From the NCBI GenBank assembly GCA_963677895.2, contig CAXXGJ010000018.1, positions 192,001 through 256,000 of the forward strand: a stretch of 64,000 bases of DNA. Direction: 5' to 3'. The first letter of the stretch is position 1. Each line of letters starts with the position of its first letter. Source of the stretch: Treponemataceae bacterium (GTDB lineage: Bacteria > Spirochaetota > Spirochaetia > Treponematales > Rectinemataceae). Positions 52,494-62,601 of the stretch are shown here, one piece after another. Below the pieces are notes generated by a model. The model was not told the DNA's origin. It did no database searches and worked only from the letters and a program-made list of their open reading frames with translations. A program made the position numbers and the translations under genes.

Positions 52494-55493
52494 TTATGGT
52501 ATCTTGTATTCTCCCGACCATAGCGACTGTTTAAGTGCGTCCTCGGGCTTTAGGTAATCGGTCATCGTCGCCCCATATTTATCTTTTGAGGCATTCTTGA
52601 CATCGTCGGCGAAACCGCCCTGGAAATTCTGCTCGACCTTGCCCGAGAGGGTACATCCCCGTTTCGTGGAAGCCTCGAATCCTGCGGTAGCCGTGCCTCC
52701 GGTCTTGCCCGCGAAATCCTGGGAGATGCCCGCCGAAAAATCGGAATCGCTCGCTCCGCCGGGCCCGAAGGTGATTTCGCCGCCTACCTTCACCGTGGTG
52801 CCTCCCTTTACCGAAACCGAGACATCGGTGCCGGCGGTGACCGAATAATTGGAGACCGTTCCCTGCCCGTCGGTGGAGACGGTGCCCGAGAGGCTGAGAT
52901 TGGCGCCTACGCTGCCAGTGCCGACTTCCTTGTTGTAGCCGAGTTTGACACCAGCCCCGTAGGTCGCCGCGCCCGTGTTTTCGCTGCGGGTCATGGAGGT
53001 CGAGATTTGCGGCATGCCGGGAATCGGCAGCGTGAAATTGAATTTTACGACGGTGCGCGCGCAGGAAATGCGGCCGCTCAGGAAGGGAATGAAAGGAATG
53101 TTGAGATCGGTGCCATACTCGTCGAGCCGTTTCCAGAGAGGGGAACTTTCGGGTATCTCGCCGGAATCAAACTGCTTTTTCGCGTTCATGTTGCGCATGA
53201 CGCGGGCATTCTCCTCATCTTCCTGGGCCGTTCTTTCTTGTTCCCTTCGCTGCATGAGCGATCCGACATCGCAGCCGCAGTCCCATTCGTCTTCGTAACG
53301 CGTCGAGCCATAGGCTATCAAGACGTTCTGCAACCCTGAGCCCACGGCCGAGGCGATAGCGTCGCGAAGCATCGCGTCCCTGTGTTCGCGCACGGCCGGA
53401 TCCGTGATCAGCGCTACGTGTCGCATAACGTCGTAATAGAATTTTTCGGCGTTGGGTTTGATTCTCGTCAAATAGGCAACCGAGGCGATCTGGGTTGCTT
53501 GAGCCCATGATGTCGTCGCGACGCTATTATATTCCGTTTGATATTGCACATGTATGTTGTGGATACGCAATTCATCTTCCGCGGACATTTGATGAATGTT
53601 TGTCTCTGCTCTATCTTCGGCTGCTAATTGGGCAAGCATTTGGGTGATGTCGGCATCTTTTCTTACGTCAATGTCCCTGAATTTGCGGCTTGCCATGTTA
53701 TAGATTTCCTGGATTTGCCGCAAAGACTTTTTATTCACCGAGTGCATGTAATTATTGTAGAGATTGAATTTCCGGTTGTGGACGGCGAAATTGTATTTCT
53801 GCATCAGAATGTTCATCGGATCGGCGTACCGCATCGGATCGATCTGGAGGATGGCCACGAAAGGATCGAGCCGGGCGGCGAGGGCGATGGTCGAAGCGGT
53901 ATTGCCCGACGCGAGATCGGCTTGAGCCTTCGTGGCATCGTCTTTCATCGCCAGCATGTCGGCCTTGAACTTTTCCTTGCCTTCCACCGTGACATTGGGC
54001 TTGGCGTTTTCATATTTCTCGGGATGAGCCGCCGCATCCTTCAAGTCGATGCCAGGGTCGATGTCCAGCCCCATGTTTTTAAGCCACGCAAGCTGCGAGT
54101 CGGAGGTAGCCGCGAAGGATCTGAACATGTAGACGGCGACGGACTCTGAAAAATCGTTGATCGCGCTCAGGCCGGGAGGGGCGGAAATGGCTTGAAGAGT
54201 CGAGAACTGCGATACCAGTTTGATAGGCGGCACGGCATAACTGCCCTGGGGCGGAAGGTTCTCGATGAAATAGCGCATCTTGTTCCGCTCGCTCTGGTCC
54301 AGTTGGGCGATGAAGTCTGCAGAGGTCAGCATAGGCTGCGATTCCGCGACTTTTATCAACTGCTCATACTCATCGGGTGGCGACTCCACGGGCATCGTCG
54401 CCGCTTTCTCCGTTTCCTGGAGCAGCTTTTCCGTCTTTCGCGCGATCATGTACATGGCAGGCCTGTCCAGCCTGTCGTCGTCGAGGATAGTCCGCGCCTT
54501 GTCGGGTTTGCCGATCGCGAGGAAATAGGCGGAAAGCCCGAGAGCGGCGTCCCAGGATCTTCTATTCAATTTCCGCGCAACCATGAATAGGGAGCGGGCT
54601 TCCTCGTTCTTGCGCAGATCGATGTAAAGATTCCCGAGATTTATGAGCGGCGTCATGCTGGCCTCGACGAAGGCGTCGGCTTTCATCGACGCGGCGACCG
54701 AGAAGATGAAGAACGCCTCGGCGTCGCCTCGGTAGGGTCCCATCAGCTTCGCGTAGTTTTGCGCGGACGGGTCGGGGTTGAAACGCTCCCCGGCTCCGAG
54801 TATGGCTGACGCGAAATTGTTCGCCGCATTCATTCCCTCGGGCTCGAGGGAGTATGCCGCGGCCGCGAAAGCCGTGACGAAATTGGGTTTCACGAGGTAA
54901 TTGGTGAGCAGAGAAACCTGGAGGGAGACATTCTTCGCATGGGCTGGATTCGCGCCATTGCCATCGAACTTTGGGCTCCATGTCACGAGACGGGCATATT
55001 CGACCGTTTCCTCGGGGGAGAATTTCGCCTTGGCCACGTCGTGACGATCTTTCGCGATCTGCAATAACCTAGCTTTTGAGAGGGCTTTTTCCCATTTGGG
55101 AAGGAGGAGTTTCTTGGCTTCGAGCTCGGTGTCGAGGAGGGCGACCTCCTGGGCGCGTTGTTCGGGTGTCTGATATGAATAAGGCGACGGCGAGTCGGGC
55201 ATGACTTCGGGCGTATAGTCTGAGGTTGCGGGCAGGGCGATCAGCGGCTGCATCGCGCTCGTACCGTCCGCGCCCTCTTCTTCCGGGACCGGCGCGGCGA
55301 TGGTAGTCGTCGTCGCGACAGCCTGCGTCACCGTGCTCTGGGCCGCGTCGTTCAGCGCGCCTTTAAGAATGTTCCCAATGCTCGGGATACCGGGAAAAAG
55401 CTGGGCGGATACAGGTATTGCCGTCAAGAAGAACGTCAATGCCGCCGCGATAAAAAGATTCCTGGAAAAGGTACGATCGCAATGTCCTTTCAT
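52494..55493 (-). CDS. Large exported hypothetical protein (999 aa) with TPR segment and Gly/Ser/Thr-rich beta C-terminus
   Basis: GGAGG RBS before ATG 55493; signal peptide ending VSA-Q; TPR-like LINLGNLYIDL...ALGLSAYF. Confidence 0.7.
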   Translation of the reverse strand: MKGHCDRTFSRNLFIAAALTFFLTAIPVSAQLFPGIPSIGNILKGALNDAAQSTVTQAVATTTTIAAPVPEEEGADGTSAMQPLIALPATSDYTPEVMPDSPSPYSYQTPEQRAQEVALLDTELEAKKLLLPKWEKALSKARLLQIAKDRHDVAKAKFSPEETVEYARLVTWSPKFDGNGANPAHAKNVSLQVSLLTNYLVKPNFVTAFAAAAYSLEPEGMNAANNFASAILGAGERFNPDPSAQNYAKLMGPYRGDAEAFFIFSVAASMKADAFVEASMTPLINLGNLYIDLRKNEEARSLFMVARKLNRRSWDAALGLSAYFLAIGKPDKARTILDDDRLDRPAMYMIARKTEKLLQETEKAATMPVESPPDEYEQLIKVAESQPMLTSADFIAQLDQSERNKMRYFIENLPPQGSYAVPPIKLVSQFSTLQAISAPPGLSAINDFSESVAVYMFRSFAATSDSQLAWLKNMGLDIDPGIDLKDAAAHPEKYENAKPNVTVEGKEKFKADMLAMKDDATKAQADLASGNTASTIALAARLDPFVAILQIDPMRYADPMNILMQKYNFAVHNRKFNLYNNYMHSVNKKSLRQIQEIYNMASRKFRDIDVRKDADITQMLAQLAAEDRAETNIHQMSAEDELRIHNIHVQYQTEYNSVATTSWAQATQIASVAYLTRIKPNAEKFYYDVMRHVALITDPAVREHRDAMLRDAIASAVGSGLQNVLIAYGSTRYEDEWDCGCDVGSLMQRREQERTAQEDEENARVMRNMNAKKQFDSGEIPESSPLWKRLDEYGTDLNIPFIPFLSGRISCARTVVKFNFTLPIPGMPQISTSMTRSENTGAATYGAGVKLGYNKEVGTGSVGANLSLSGTVSTDGQGTVSNYSVTAGTDVSVSVKGGTTVKVGGEITFGPGGASDSDFSAGISQDFAGKTGGTATAGFEASTKRGCTLSGKVEQNFQGGFADDVKNASKDKYGATMTDYLKPEDALKQSLWSGEYKIP

Positions 55494-55795
55494 GGGAAAA
55501 CCTCCCAAGGCATACGGCATTTTTCGGGCTTTCTGGATGCCCAGTATTGGACGGATCGGCGATTCGCACTGTTTGTTATTGTATGGTTCAGGAAGCGAGG
55601 CTCAGGATAAGCATAGTTCATCCTGAGATGAAGTCAATGCCGGAATCTTGGGTATGGAACGGAGCCTCGGCATCTTGTCGGCAGGAGAGGGAGACCGATT
55701 TGATAAAAATCCGATGATAGAGTATTATGGTACTCATCGCTTCAACCGAGCCAAGCGTCGCGGGGCGAGCTTCAGAAAAAGAACCGGGGGCTATC

Positions 55796-56563
55796 ATGGT
55801 GGATATCGATGAAAGGGAAAGCAGCCGCAACCGGTCGCTCGAAAGGGCGCTCAGTCTTCTTGCCATCCTGGAAGAGACGGGCAGGCCGCTCACGCTCACG
55901 GAGATAAGCACCGAGGCGCAGCTGCAGAAACCCACGGTTCAGAGATTGCTCGCCGTTCTCGAAAGGTATGGCTACGCCGAGAGAATTCATAATCGCTATC
56001 ACCTAGGTCCCATCGTTCTTCCCCTCGCTTATTCCTATCTGATGGGCAACGAGCTTTCCCGCGCCGCTCTGCCCGCGCTGCAGGAGCTGGCGGCGGCTTC
56101 CCAGGAAACCGCCTCGCTTTTCGTGCGCATCGGCGACTTCCGCGTCGTGGTCCAGCGTGTCGAAGGGGTGCATCCCCTGCGCTATGTGTTGCCGATTGGC
56201 AGGAGGCTGCCGCTTCACATGGGCGTCGGGAAGGTGTTGGCGGCGGCGATGCCTGAAGCCGAACAGGCGGCGCTGGTCGCTACCCTGGGCGATGTCCACT
56301 ATGCGAGAGGCGAGACGGTGACGGGAACCCAGCTTATGGAAGAATTCGCCAAAGTCCGCGCCCAGGGCTACGCCGTTTCGCGCAACGAACGCGAGATGGG
56401 AGTCTCCTCGGTGGCCGCGCCCGTATATAACGCCTCGCGCGAAGTCACGGCGGCGATTTCTGTGGCCGGTTCCACGGAACGTTTCGACGTGAAGCTGGAT
56501 GAGCTCATCCTCGAAGTCTGCCGCGCGGCGGCTTCCATTTCGGAGCGTCTCGGCAGGCTCTGA
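55796..56563 (+). CDS. IclR-family transcriptional regulator
   Basis: SLERALSLL, LTEIS...KPTVQRLL HTH, GVGKVLAA, VRAQGYA, SVAAPV; start could be 55727. Confidence 0.92.
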   Translation: MVDIDERESSRNRSLERALSLLAILEETGRPLTLTEISTEAQLQKPTVQRLLAVLERYGYAERIHNRYHLGPIVLPLAYSYLMGNELSRAALPALQELAAASQETASLFVRIGDFRVVVQRVEGVHPLRYVLPIGRRLPLHMGVGKVLAAAMPEAEQAALVATLGDVHYARGETVTGTQLMEEFAKVRAQGYAVSRNEREMGVSSVAAPVYNASREVTAAISVAGSTERFDVKLDELILEVCRAAASISERLGRL

Positions 56564-56747
56564 CGGTTTTTTCGACTTCAATAAAGCCAAAACCATGAAA
56601 TCCTCCAAAGAAGTCCATAAACGTATTTCATAATGGCGTGTCGGAACTATTTTTATTGACAGATTTCTGAATGAGTGTTTTACTGTATGTAACAAAGTAA
56701 TGTACATTGAAACAATCGATAGTTTTTAATCGATAAAAGAGGTTGCA

Positions 56748-57236
56748 ATGCGAAAGGCAAGCCTTATCACCGGCATCATATTCCTCGCTTTTTCCCTGAC
56801 CGTGATGGTCTCCTCCTGGTCGATGGAATATTACTCGTCGATAGGTCCTGGGCCAGGTTTTTTCCCTTTCTGGCTGAGCGCGATTCTAGGCCTGCTCGCC
56901 ATTCTATGGATCGTGCAAATCCTTCGGAGCCCATCCAAATCCAAGGATAAAGACGGAAACGACACGCTGTTTCCGCGCGGCGACGGCCTGCTCCGGCTGC
57001 TCTCCATAGTGGGAGCGGTTTTTTTCATGATGATCCTCATGGAACCGCTGGGGTTCCAGCTCACCATGTTCGCTTTTCTTATATTCCTCCTCATAGTCCT
57101 GGGACGCGTCAGAACAAGGACGACGCTGATAATCGCGGCTGTAGGGAGCTTTGGTCTATTCCGCGTATTCACGATGCTGCTCGATGTGCAGCTGCCCCAG
57201 TCGGCTATTTCATTTTTAGCCGCCATAGGACTTTAA
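56748..57236 (+). CDS. tctB: Tripartite tricarboxylate transporter small membrane subunit
   Basis: GPGPGFFP, LGF, LDVQLP; 4 TM. Confidence 0.88.
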   Translation: MRKASLITGIIFLAFSLTVMVSSWSMEYYSSIGPGPGFFPFWLSAILGLLAILWIVQILRSPSKSKDKDGNDTLFPRGDGLLRLLSIVGAVFFMMILMEPLGFQLTMFAFLIFLLIVLGRVRTRTTLIIAAVGSFGLFRVFTMLLDVQLPQSAISFLAAIGL

Positions 57237-57248
57237 AGGAGGTCGACC

Positions 57249-58760
57249 ATGGATGTCTTGAACGATCTGTTGATGGGCTTTTCGGTCGCCCTTACGCCGG
57301 GCAACCTGCTTTACGCTTTTCTCGGCAGCGCTTTCGGCACACTCATAGGCGTGCTTCCCGGCATAGGGCCGGCTGCGGGAACCGCCCTCCTCATTCCCCT
57401 TACCGCCAGACTGGAGCCTACGGGGGCCATCATCATGCTCACCGCGATTTTCTACGGCACGCAGTATGGCGGAACTATAACGAGCATTCTGCTCAACGTG
57501 CCTGGCGAAGCGGCTTCGGCCATCACCTGCATCGACGGTCATAAGATGGCGCTTAAAGGACGCGCCGGCGCCGCGTTAAGCATCGCGGCGATCGGCTCCT
57601 TCATCGGCGGCCTCTTCGCGACGATAGCCCTTGTATTCCTCGCCAAACCCCTCACCAAAGTCGCCCTCGAATTCGGCCCTGTCGAATTCTTCGCCCTGAT
57701 GGTGCTCGGCATTTCCCTGCTTATGGGACTGGCCGGCAAGTCCATGGTCAAGGCCCTCATGATGGGCGTTCTCGGCCTCCTCCTGGCCATGGTCGGCATG
57801 GATCCCGTGCGGGGCGCGCCGCGCTTTACCTTCGGAAGAATGGAGCTCATGGACGGGCTCAACTTCGTGCCGGTCATAATGGGCCTGTTCGGCCTGTCCG
57901 ATATCCTCGAGAACGCCGAAGAATCCCTGGCTTCGACAAAAAGCGCCAAGGTCGGATCGCTTAAGCCTTCCAGGGAGGAAGTCAAGGATTCAGTCGGTCC
58001 CATAGCCCGCGGCTCCCTTCTGGGGACGGTGCTTGGATTGATACCTGGAATGACAGGCTCCATGGCTTCATTCCTTTCCTATTCCATGGAAAAGAAAATC
58101 TCCAAGCATCCCGAACGATTCGGGCAGGGCGCCGTGGAAGGCGTGGCCGGACCCGAAACGGCCAACAATGCCCACGCCAACGGGGCCTTGATACCTCTCT
58201 TCACCCTCGGCATACCGGCTTCCCCGACCGTCGCCGTTCTCATGGGCGCCTTTCTCATGAATGGACTCATCCCGGGGCCCTTCCTGTTCCGGGAAAATCC
58301 TCAGCTGGTATGGGGCGTCATCGCGAGCTTCTTCGTCGGAAACGTCATTCTCCTCATCCTCAACCTGCCCCTTGTCGGCGTCTGGGTGAAACTGCTCAAG
58401 ATTCCCTATTCGATCCTCTTCGCCGTGATATTGGCCTTCATGGTGATCGGAGCCTACGGCGTAGATAATTCCGTGTTCGACGTCTTCATCATGCTGCTCT
58501 TCGGCGTTCTCGGATACATCCTCAAGAAATTCGACTTCCCTATGGCGCCCATGATCCTGACGCTCATCCTCGGGCCGACCATGGAACGTTCGCTCAGACG
58601 TTCCATGGAGATGTCGCAGGGCGATTTCTCGATTCTCTTCTCGAGTCCTCTGGCCGCGTCCTTGCTGGTCATCTCAGCGCTTGTACTCGTCACTTCCGCA
58701 CTCAAGGTCTTTCCGGGCAGCCGGAAAGCCAAATCGGGCAGCGGAAGCGATGGCAAATAA
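57249..58760 (+). CDS. tctA: Tripartite tricarboxylate transporter large membrane subunit
   Basis: GVLPGIGP, YGGTITSILLNVPGE, GPETANNA, LGIP. Confidence 0.95.
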   Translation: MDVLNDLLMGFSVALTPGNLLYAFLGSAFGTLIGVLPGIGPAAGTALLIPLTARLEPTGAIIMLTAIFYGTQYGGTITSILLNVPGEAASAITCIDGHKMALKGRAGAALSIAAIGSFIGGLFATIALVFLAKPLTKVALEFGPVEFFALMVLGISLLMGLAGKSMVKALMMGVLGLLLAMVGMDPVRGAPRFTFGRMELMDGLNFVPVIMGLFGLSDILENAEESLASTKSAKVGSLKPSREEVKDSVGPIARGSLLGTVLGLIPGMTGSMASFLSYSMEKKISKHPERFGQGAVEGVAGPETANNAHANGALIPLFTLGIPASPTVAVLMGAFLMNGLIPGPFLFRENPQLVWGVIASFFVGNVILLILNLPLVGVWVKLLKIPYSILFAVILAFMVIGAYGVDNSVFDVFIMLLFGVLGYILKKFDFPMAPMILTLILGPTMERSLRRSMEMSQGDFSILFSSPLAASLLVISALVLVTSALKVFPGSRKAKSGSGSDGK

Positions 58761-58773
58761 TAGGGAGGAAACC

Positions 58774-59751
58774 ATGAAATCTTCATCGTTCCGAAAGTGC
58801 GCGGCGATACTTGTCGCGGCGTGCCTGTTCATCGCGGCGGCTTCGGTCGGCGCCCAGGAATTTCCCGCCAAGAACAAAGCGATCACCCTGATCGTCGGGT
58901 TCTCCGCCGGCGGCAGCTCCGACGCCGGAGCGCGCATCCTGGCCGGCGGCATGGAAAAGGTCCTCGGCACCAAAGTGGAAGTGCTCAACAAGCCGGGCGC
59001 TTCAGGCCAGCTTGCCTATACCATGCTTTCGCAGTCCAAGCCCAATGGCTATACCTTCGGTCTGGCCAGCCTGCCGGGCATCATGGTCAGTATCATGGAT
59101 CCGGCTCGCCAGGCCGCCTACAAGAAAGATGATTTCCAGCCCATCGGTCTTCAGGTCGTGGACGCCGGCGTTCTGGCGGTCAAGGCGGACAGCCCCTACA
59201 AAACCGTCAAGGATCTCATCGATGACGCCAAGGCCAGGCCGAGGAAGATCACCGTATCCACCACGGGCCTTCAGACGGGAGACCACTTCTCCATACTCCA
59301 GCTTCAGCAGCTCACGGGCGCCCAGTTCGCCATCGTCCATTTCGACGGCGCCGGCACCGCCATGACATCGCTTCTCGGCAAGAAAATCGACGCCTATGTC
59401 GGCAATGTCGGCGACGTTCTTTCCCAGCTGAAGTCCGGCGACATCCGCGTCCTGGGCGTCATGGACAAGGAAGCGAGTCCCTTCCTTCCCGGCGTGAAAA
59501 CCTTCGAATCGCAGGGCATTCCCCTCCTCGGCGGTTCATGGCGCGGGTACCTGGCTCCCGCCGGCACCCCGAAAGACATCGCCGATAAGCTCTCCGCGGC
59601 CATGAAAACCGCGCTGGAAACCGAGGATGTAAAATCCGCCATGGCCAAGCTGGGTCTGCAGATCCGTTATATGGACGTAGCTGGCTATACCGCCATCTGG
59701 GATGAATACGGCACCGTGGTCAAGGAACTCATTCCCCTTAGCAAGCAATAA
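58774..59751 (+). CDS. tctC: Tripartite tricarboxylate transporter substrate-binding protein (Bug/TctC)
   Basis: Signal peptide; IVGFSAGGSSD, NKPGASG, PNGYT, APAGTP. Confidence 0.92.
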   Translation: MKSSSFRKCAAILVAACLFIAAASVGAQEFPAKNKAITLIVGFSAGGSSDAGARILAGGMEKVLGTKVEVLNKPGASGQLAYTMLSQSKPNGYTFGLASLPGIMVSIMDPARQAAYKKDDFQPIGLQVVDAGVLAVKADSPYKTVKDLIDDAKARPRKITVSTTGLQTGDHFSILQLQQLTGAQFAIVHFDGAGTAMTSLLGKKIDAYVGNVGDVLSQLKSGDIRVLGVMDKEASPFLPGVKTFESQGIPLLGGSWRGYLAPAGTPKDIADKLSAAMKTALETEDVKSAMAKLGLQIRYMDVAGYTAIWDEYGTVVKELIPLSKQ

Positions 59752-59832
59752 CAGTCTTCGCGTCGAGTGCGACGAAAGCCGTCCGGCTGGAATACAGCCG
59801 GGCGGCTCGATCCCGAAATGGAGAAGTCTTCA

Positions 59833-60810
59833 ATGGAAAAAATCGCGTTGGTTGGCCCTTATGGCGCCGATGTCCAGGCCTTGCTCGAAAAACGCCTGAA
59901 CGGCGCCATGAGCGTCGAGATGATCGGAAGCGAAAACGAGTTCCATCGTCTCGACGATGTGGAGTATGTGATTCTGCGGGTCTTCGCCATGAAAAGGCCG
60001 ACTATCGAAGCCATGCCGAAACTCAAGCTCATCCAGCGTTGGGGCGTGGGGTTTGACAAGGTGGATATCGCTGCCGCCGGCGAGCGCGGAATTCCCGTGG
60101 CGATAGCGCCGGGAGCCAATTCGGCGCCCGTATCCGAACTGGCGGTTCTCCTCATGCTCGCCCTGTACCGCAACCTCATAAAGCTGCATGGCGGAATCGT
60201 GCGGGGTCGCTGGGAGAAGGAAAAATTCATCGACAATTCCTTCATGGTCAAGGGCAAGATCGTCGGCCTGATAGGTTGTGGCGCCATCGGCCAACAAGTG
60301 GCGCGGAAGGTCCAGGCCTTCGGCGCGGAAGTGATCTATTACGACGCTTTCCGCCTGCCCGAAACCGTCGAACTGGAACTAGGCCTGAAATATTTCGAAC
60401 TCGATGAAGTATTGGCGAAGGCCGATATCGTCAGCCTCCACCTTCCCCTGCTCGACAGCACCCGCGGCTTGATAGGCCGACGTGAGATCGGCCTCATGAA
60501 GCCGAATGCCATACTGATCAATACCGCCAGGGGCGAAATCGTCGATTCCACGGCTCTGGCCGCGGCGCTCGCGGAAAAACGCATTGCCGGCGCGGGGCTG
60601 GATGTCTTCGATTCGGAACCCCTTTCGTCCGACAGCGTTTTGCGGACCCTCGACAATGTGGTGATGACGCCCCATGTCGGAGGCAATACCGCCGATATGA
60701 GCATGGATATGGTCGATATCTGCCTGAAGAATATCATGGCGGTGCGCGATGGCCAGAAGCTTTCGCCTAAAGTGCTCGTGAACGGTCAATTTTTGAAGAA
60801 AAGCGTCTGA
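59833..60810 (+). CDS. D-isomer-specific 2-hydroxyacid dehydrogenase
   Basis: GVGFDKVD, GCGAIG, INTARG, LDVF..EP, TPHVGG. Confidence 0.9.
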   Translation: MEKIALVGPYGADVQALLEKRLNGAMSVEMIGSENEFHRLDDVEYVILRVFAMKRPTIEAMPKLKLIQRWGVGFDKVDIAAAGERGIPVAIAPGANSAPVSELAVLLMLALYRNLIKLHGGIVRGRWEKEKFIDNSFMVKGKIVGLIGCGAIGQQVARKVQAFGAEVIYYDAFRLPETVELELGLKYFELDEVLAKADIVSLHLPLLDSTRGLIGRREIGLMKPNAILINTARGEIVDSTALAAALAEKRIAGAGLDVFDSEPLSSDSVLRTLDNVVMTPHVGGNTADMSMDMVDICLKNIMAVRDGQKLSPKVLVNGQFLKKSV

Positions 60811-60830
60811 GACGACAAATAGGAGAATAT

Positions 60831-61529
60831 ATGTCCGTAGGATTCAGAGTATTCCTGAAACGCGATCTGCCCGCCCCGGAACTCGTGGAGGCATTCAAGT
60901 CTTTGCCGCCGGCGAACGTGGCGGACTGCATGGGCAGGCTATGCGCCCTTTCTTCGCAGATCAGGCTGCTTTCTTCGCCGGCCGAGCCGATTATGGCAGG
61001 CGTCGCCTTGACGGTAAAAGCCAGGCCGGGCGACAACCTCATGATACACAAGGCGCTCAACATGGCTGGTCCCGGCGACATCATCGTCGTCTCCAACGAA
61101 GGCGACCGCAGCCAGTCCCTCGTGGGCGAAATAATCGTGACCTACGCCACCTACAAAGGCCTCGCCGGCCTTGTGTTCGACGGCCCCATCCGCGATATCG
61201 ACGCGATTTCCAAGATGGACATTCCCGTCTACGGAACGGGAACGACCCCCGGCGGCCCCTACAAAGATGGTCCCGGCGAGGTGAACGTACCCATCGCCTG
61301 CGGAGGAATCCAGATAGAGCCGGGCGACATCATCCTGGGCGACGCCGATGGCATCATCGTGATTCCCCGGCGCGACGCGGCCGAAATACTGGCGGTAGCC
61401 GGGAAATTTTCCGCGAACGACGCGGCGAAAGTAAACGCCGCGGCCAACGGTACGGCCGATCGAAGTTGGGTGGACAAGACCCTCGCGGCGAAGAATTGCG
61501 AGATCATCGACGCGGTATACGGCGCCTGA
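60831..61529 (+). CDS. RraA-family protein / probable HMG-CHA aldolase
   Basis: NVADCM, PGDNL, VGEII, DGPIRD, PGDIILGDADG. Confidence 0.88.
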   Translation: MSVGFRVFLKRDLPAPELVEAFKSLPPANVADCMGRLCALSSQIRLLSSPAEPIMAGVALTVKARPGDNLMIHKALNMAGPGDIIVVSNEGDRSQSLVGEIIVTYATYKGLAGLVFDGPIRDIDAISKMDIPVYGTGTTPGGPYKDGPGEVNVPIACGGIQIEPGDIILGDADGIIVIPRRDAAEILAVAGKFSANDAAKVNAAANGTADRSWVDKTLAAKNCEIIDAVYGA

Positions 61530-61631
61530 TATCGCGTTCCAGTCTCGCGTCCCAGTCCTGATAGGCTCTTTCGCGCATTACCCTCGCCGCGAACCTTGTA
61601 TTTTCCGGGATTCTGCCATTATGCTTGACGC

Positions 61632-62591
61632 ATGAAGATAGTGATTTTGGATGGATATACGGAGAATCCCGGAGATCTGAGCTGGGCGGGTTTCGAGGCG
61701 ATCGGCTCGCTTTCCGTCTATGAGCGAACGCCTCTGGAGAAAATCGTCCAGAGAATCGGCGACGCCGAAGCGGTCATAACCAACAAGGTTCCGATCTCCA
61801 GGGCGACGCTGGAAGCCTGTCCTTCCGTCAGATACATCGGCGTGCTCGCCACGGGCTACAATATAATCGACGTGGCAGCCTGCTCGGAAAAAGGCATCGT
61901 CGTCGCCAATATTCCCACCTATGGGACGAACGCGGTAGCCCAGATGGCGATTGCGCTTCTGCTCGAACTTTGCCACCACGTCGGCGCCCACTCCGAATCG
62001 GTCTTCGCCGGCGAATGGACGAACAGCGCCGATTGGAGCTACTGGAAATACCCGCTCGTGGAACTCGCCGGCAAGACCATGGGCATCATAGGTTTCGGCA
62101 GGATAGGGCAGGCTACCGGCAGAATCGCCCAGGCGCTCGGCATGAAAATTCTGGCGCATGACGATCACAAGGTTCCCGGCCTTGAATCCGAAACTTGCCG
62201 CTATGTCGATCTCGATACGCTGTTCGCCCATTCGGACGTCATTTCCCTGCATTGCCCGCTCTTTCCCTCGACGCAGGGCATCATCAACCGACACAACATA
62301 GCCAAGATGAAGGATGGCGTATTCGTCGTCAACACTTCGCGAGGACCGCTCATCGTCGAGGAGGATCTCCGCGACGCCCTTTTGTCCGGCAAGGTGGGAG
62401 CCGCGGCGGTGGACGTCGTTTCCAGCGAGCCGATCAAGGCCGACAACCCTCTCCTGAAGGCCCGGAACTGCCTCATAACGCCGCATATCGCCTGGGCTCC
62501 CAAGGAATCGCGGCAACGACTGATGGATATCGCCCTGGGAAACCTGAAAGCCTTCGCCGCGGGCAACCCCGTCAATATCGTGACGGCGTGA
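61632..62591 (+). CDS. Glycerate dehydrogenase-like D-2-hydroxyacid dehydrogenase
   Basis: MKIVILDGY..NPGDLSW, ATGYNIID, GFGRIG, NTSRG, TPHIAWA. Confidence 0.9.
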   Translation: MKIVILDGYTENPGDLSWAGFEAIGSLSVYERTPLEKIVQRIGDAEAVITNKVPISRATLEACPSVRYIGVLATGYNIIDVAACSEKGIVVANIPTYGTNAVAQMAIALLLELCHHVGAHSESVFAGEWTNSADWSYWKYPLVELAGKTMGIIGFGRIGQATGRIAQALGMKILAHDDHKVPGLESETCRYVDLDTLFAHSDVISLHCPLFPSTQGIINRHNIAKMKDGVFVVNTSRGPLIVEEDLRDALLSGKVGAAAVDVVSSEPIKADNPLLKARNCLITPHIAWAPKESRQRLMDIALGNLKAFAAGNPVNIVTA

Positions 62592-62601
62592 AGGTTCGAG
62601 A

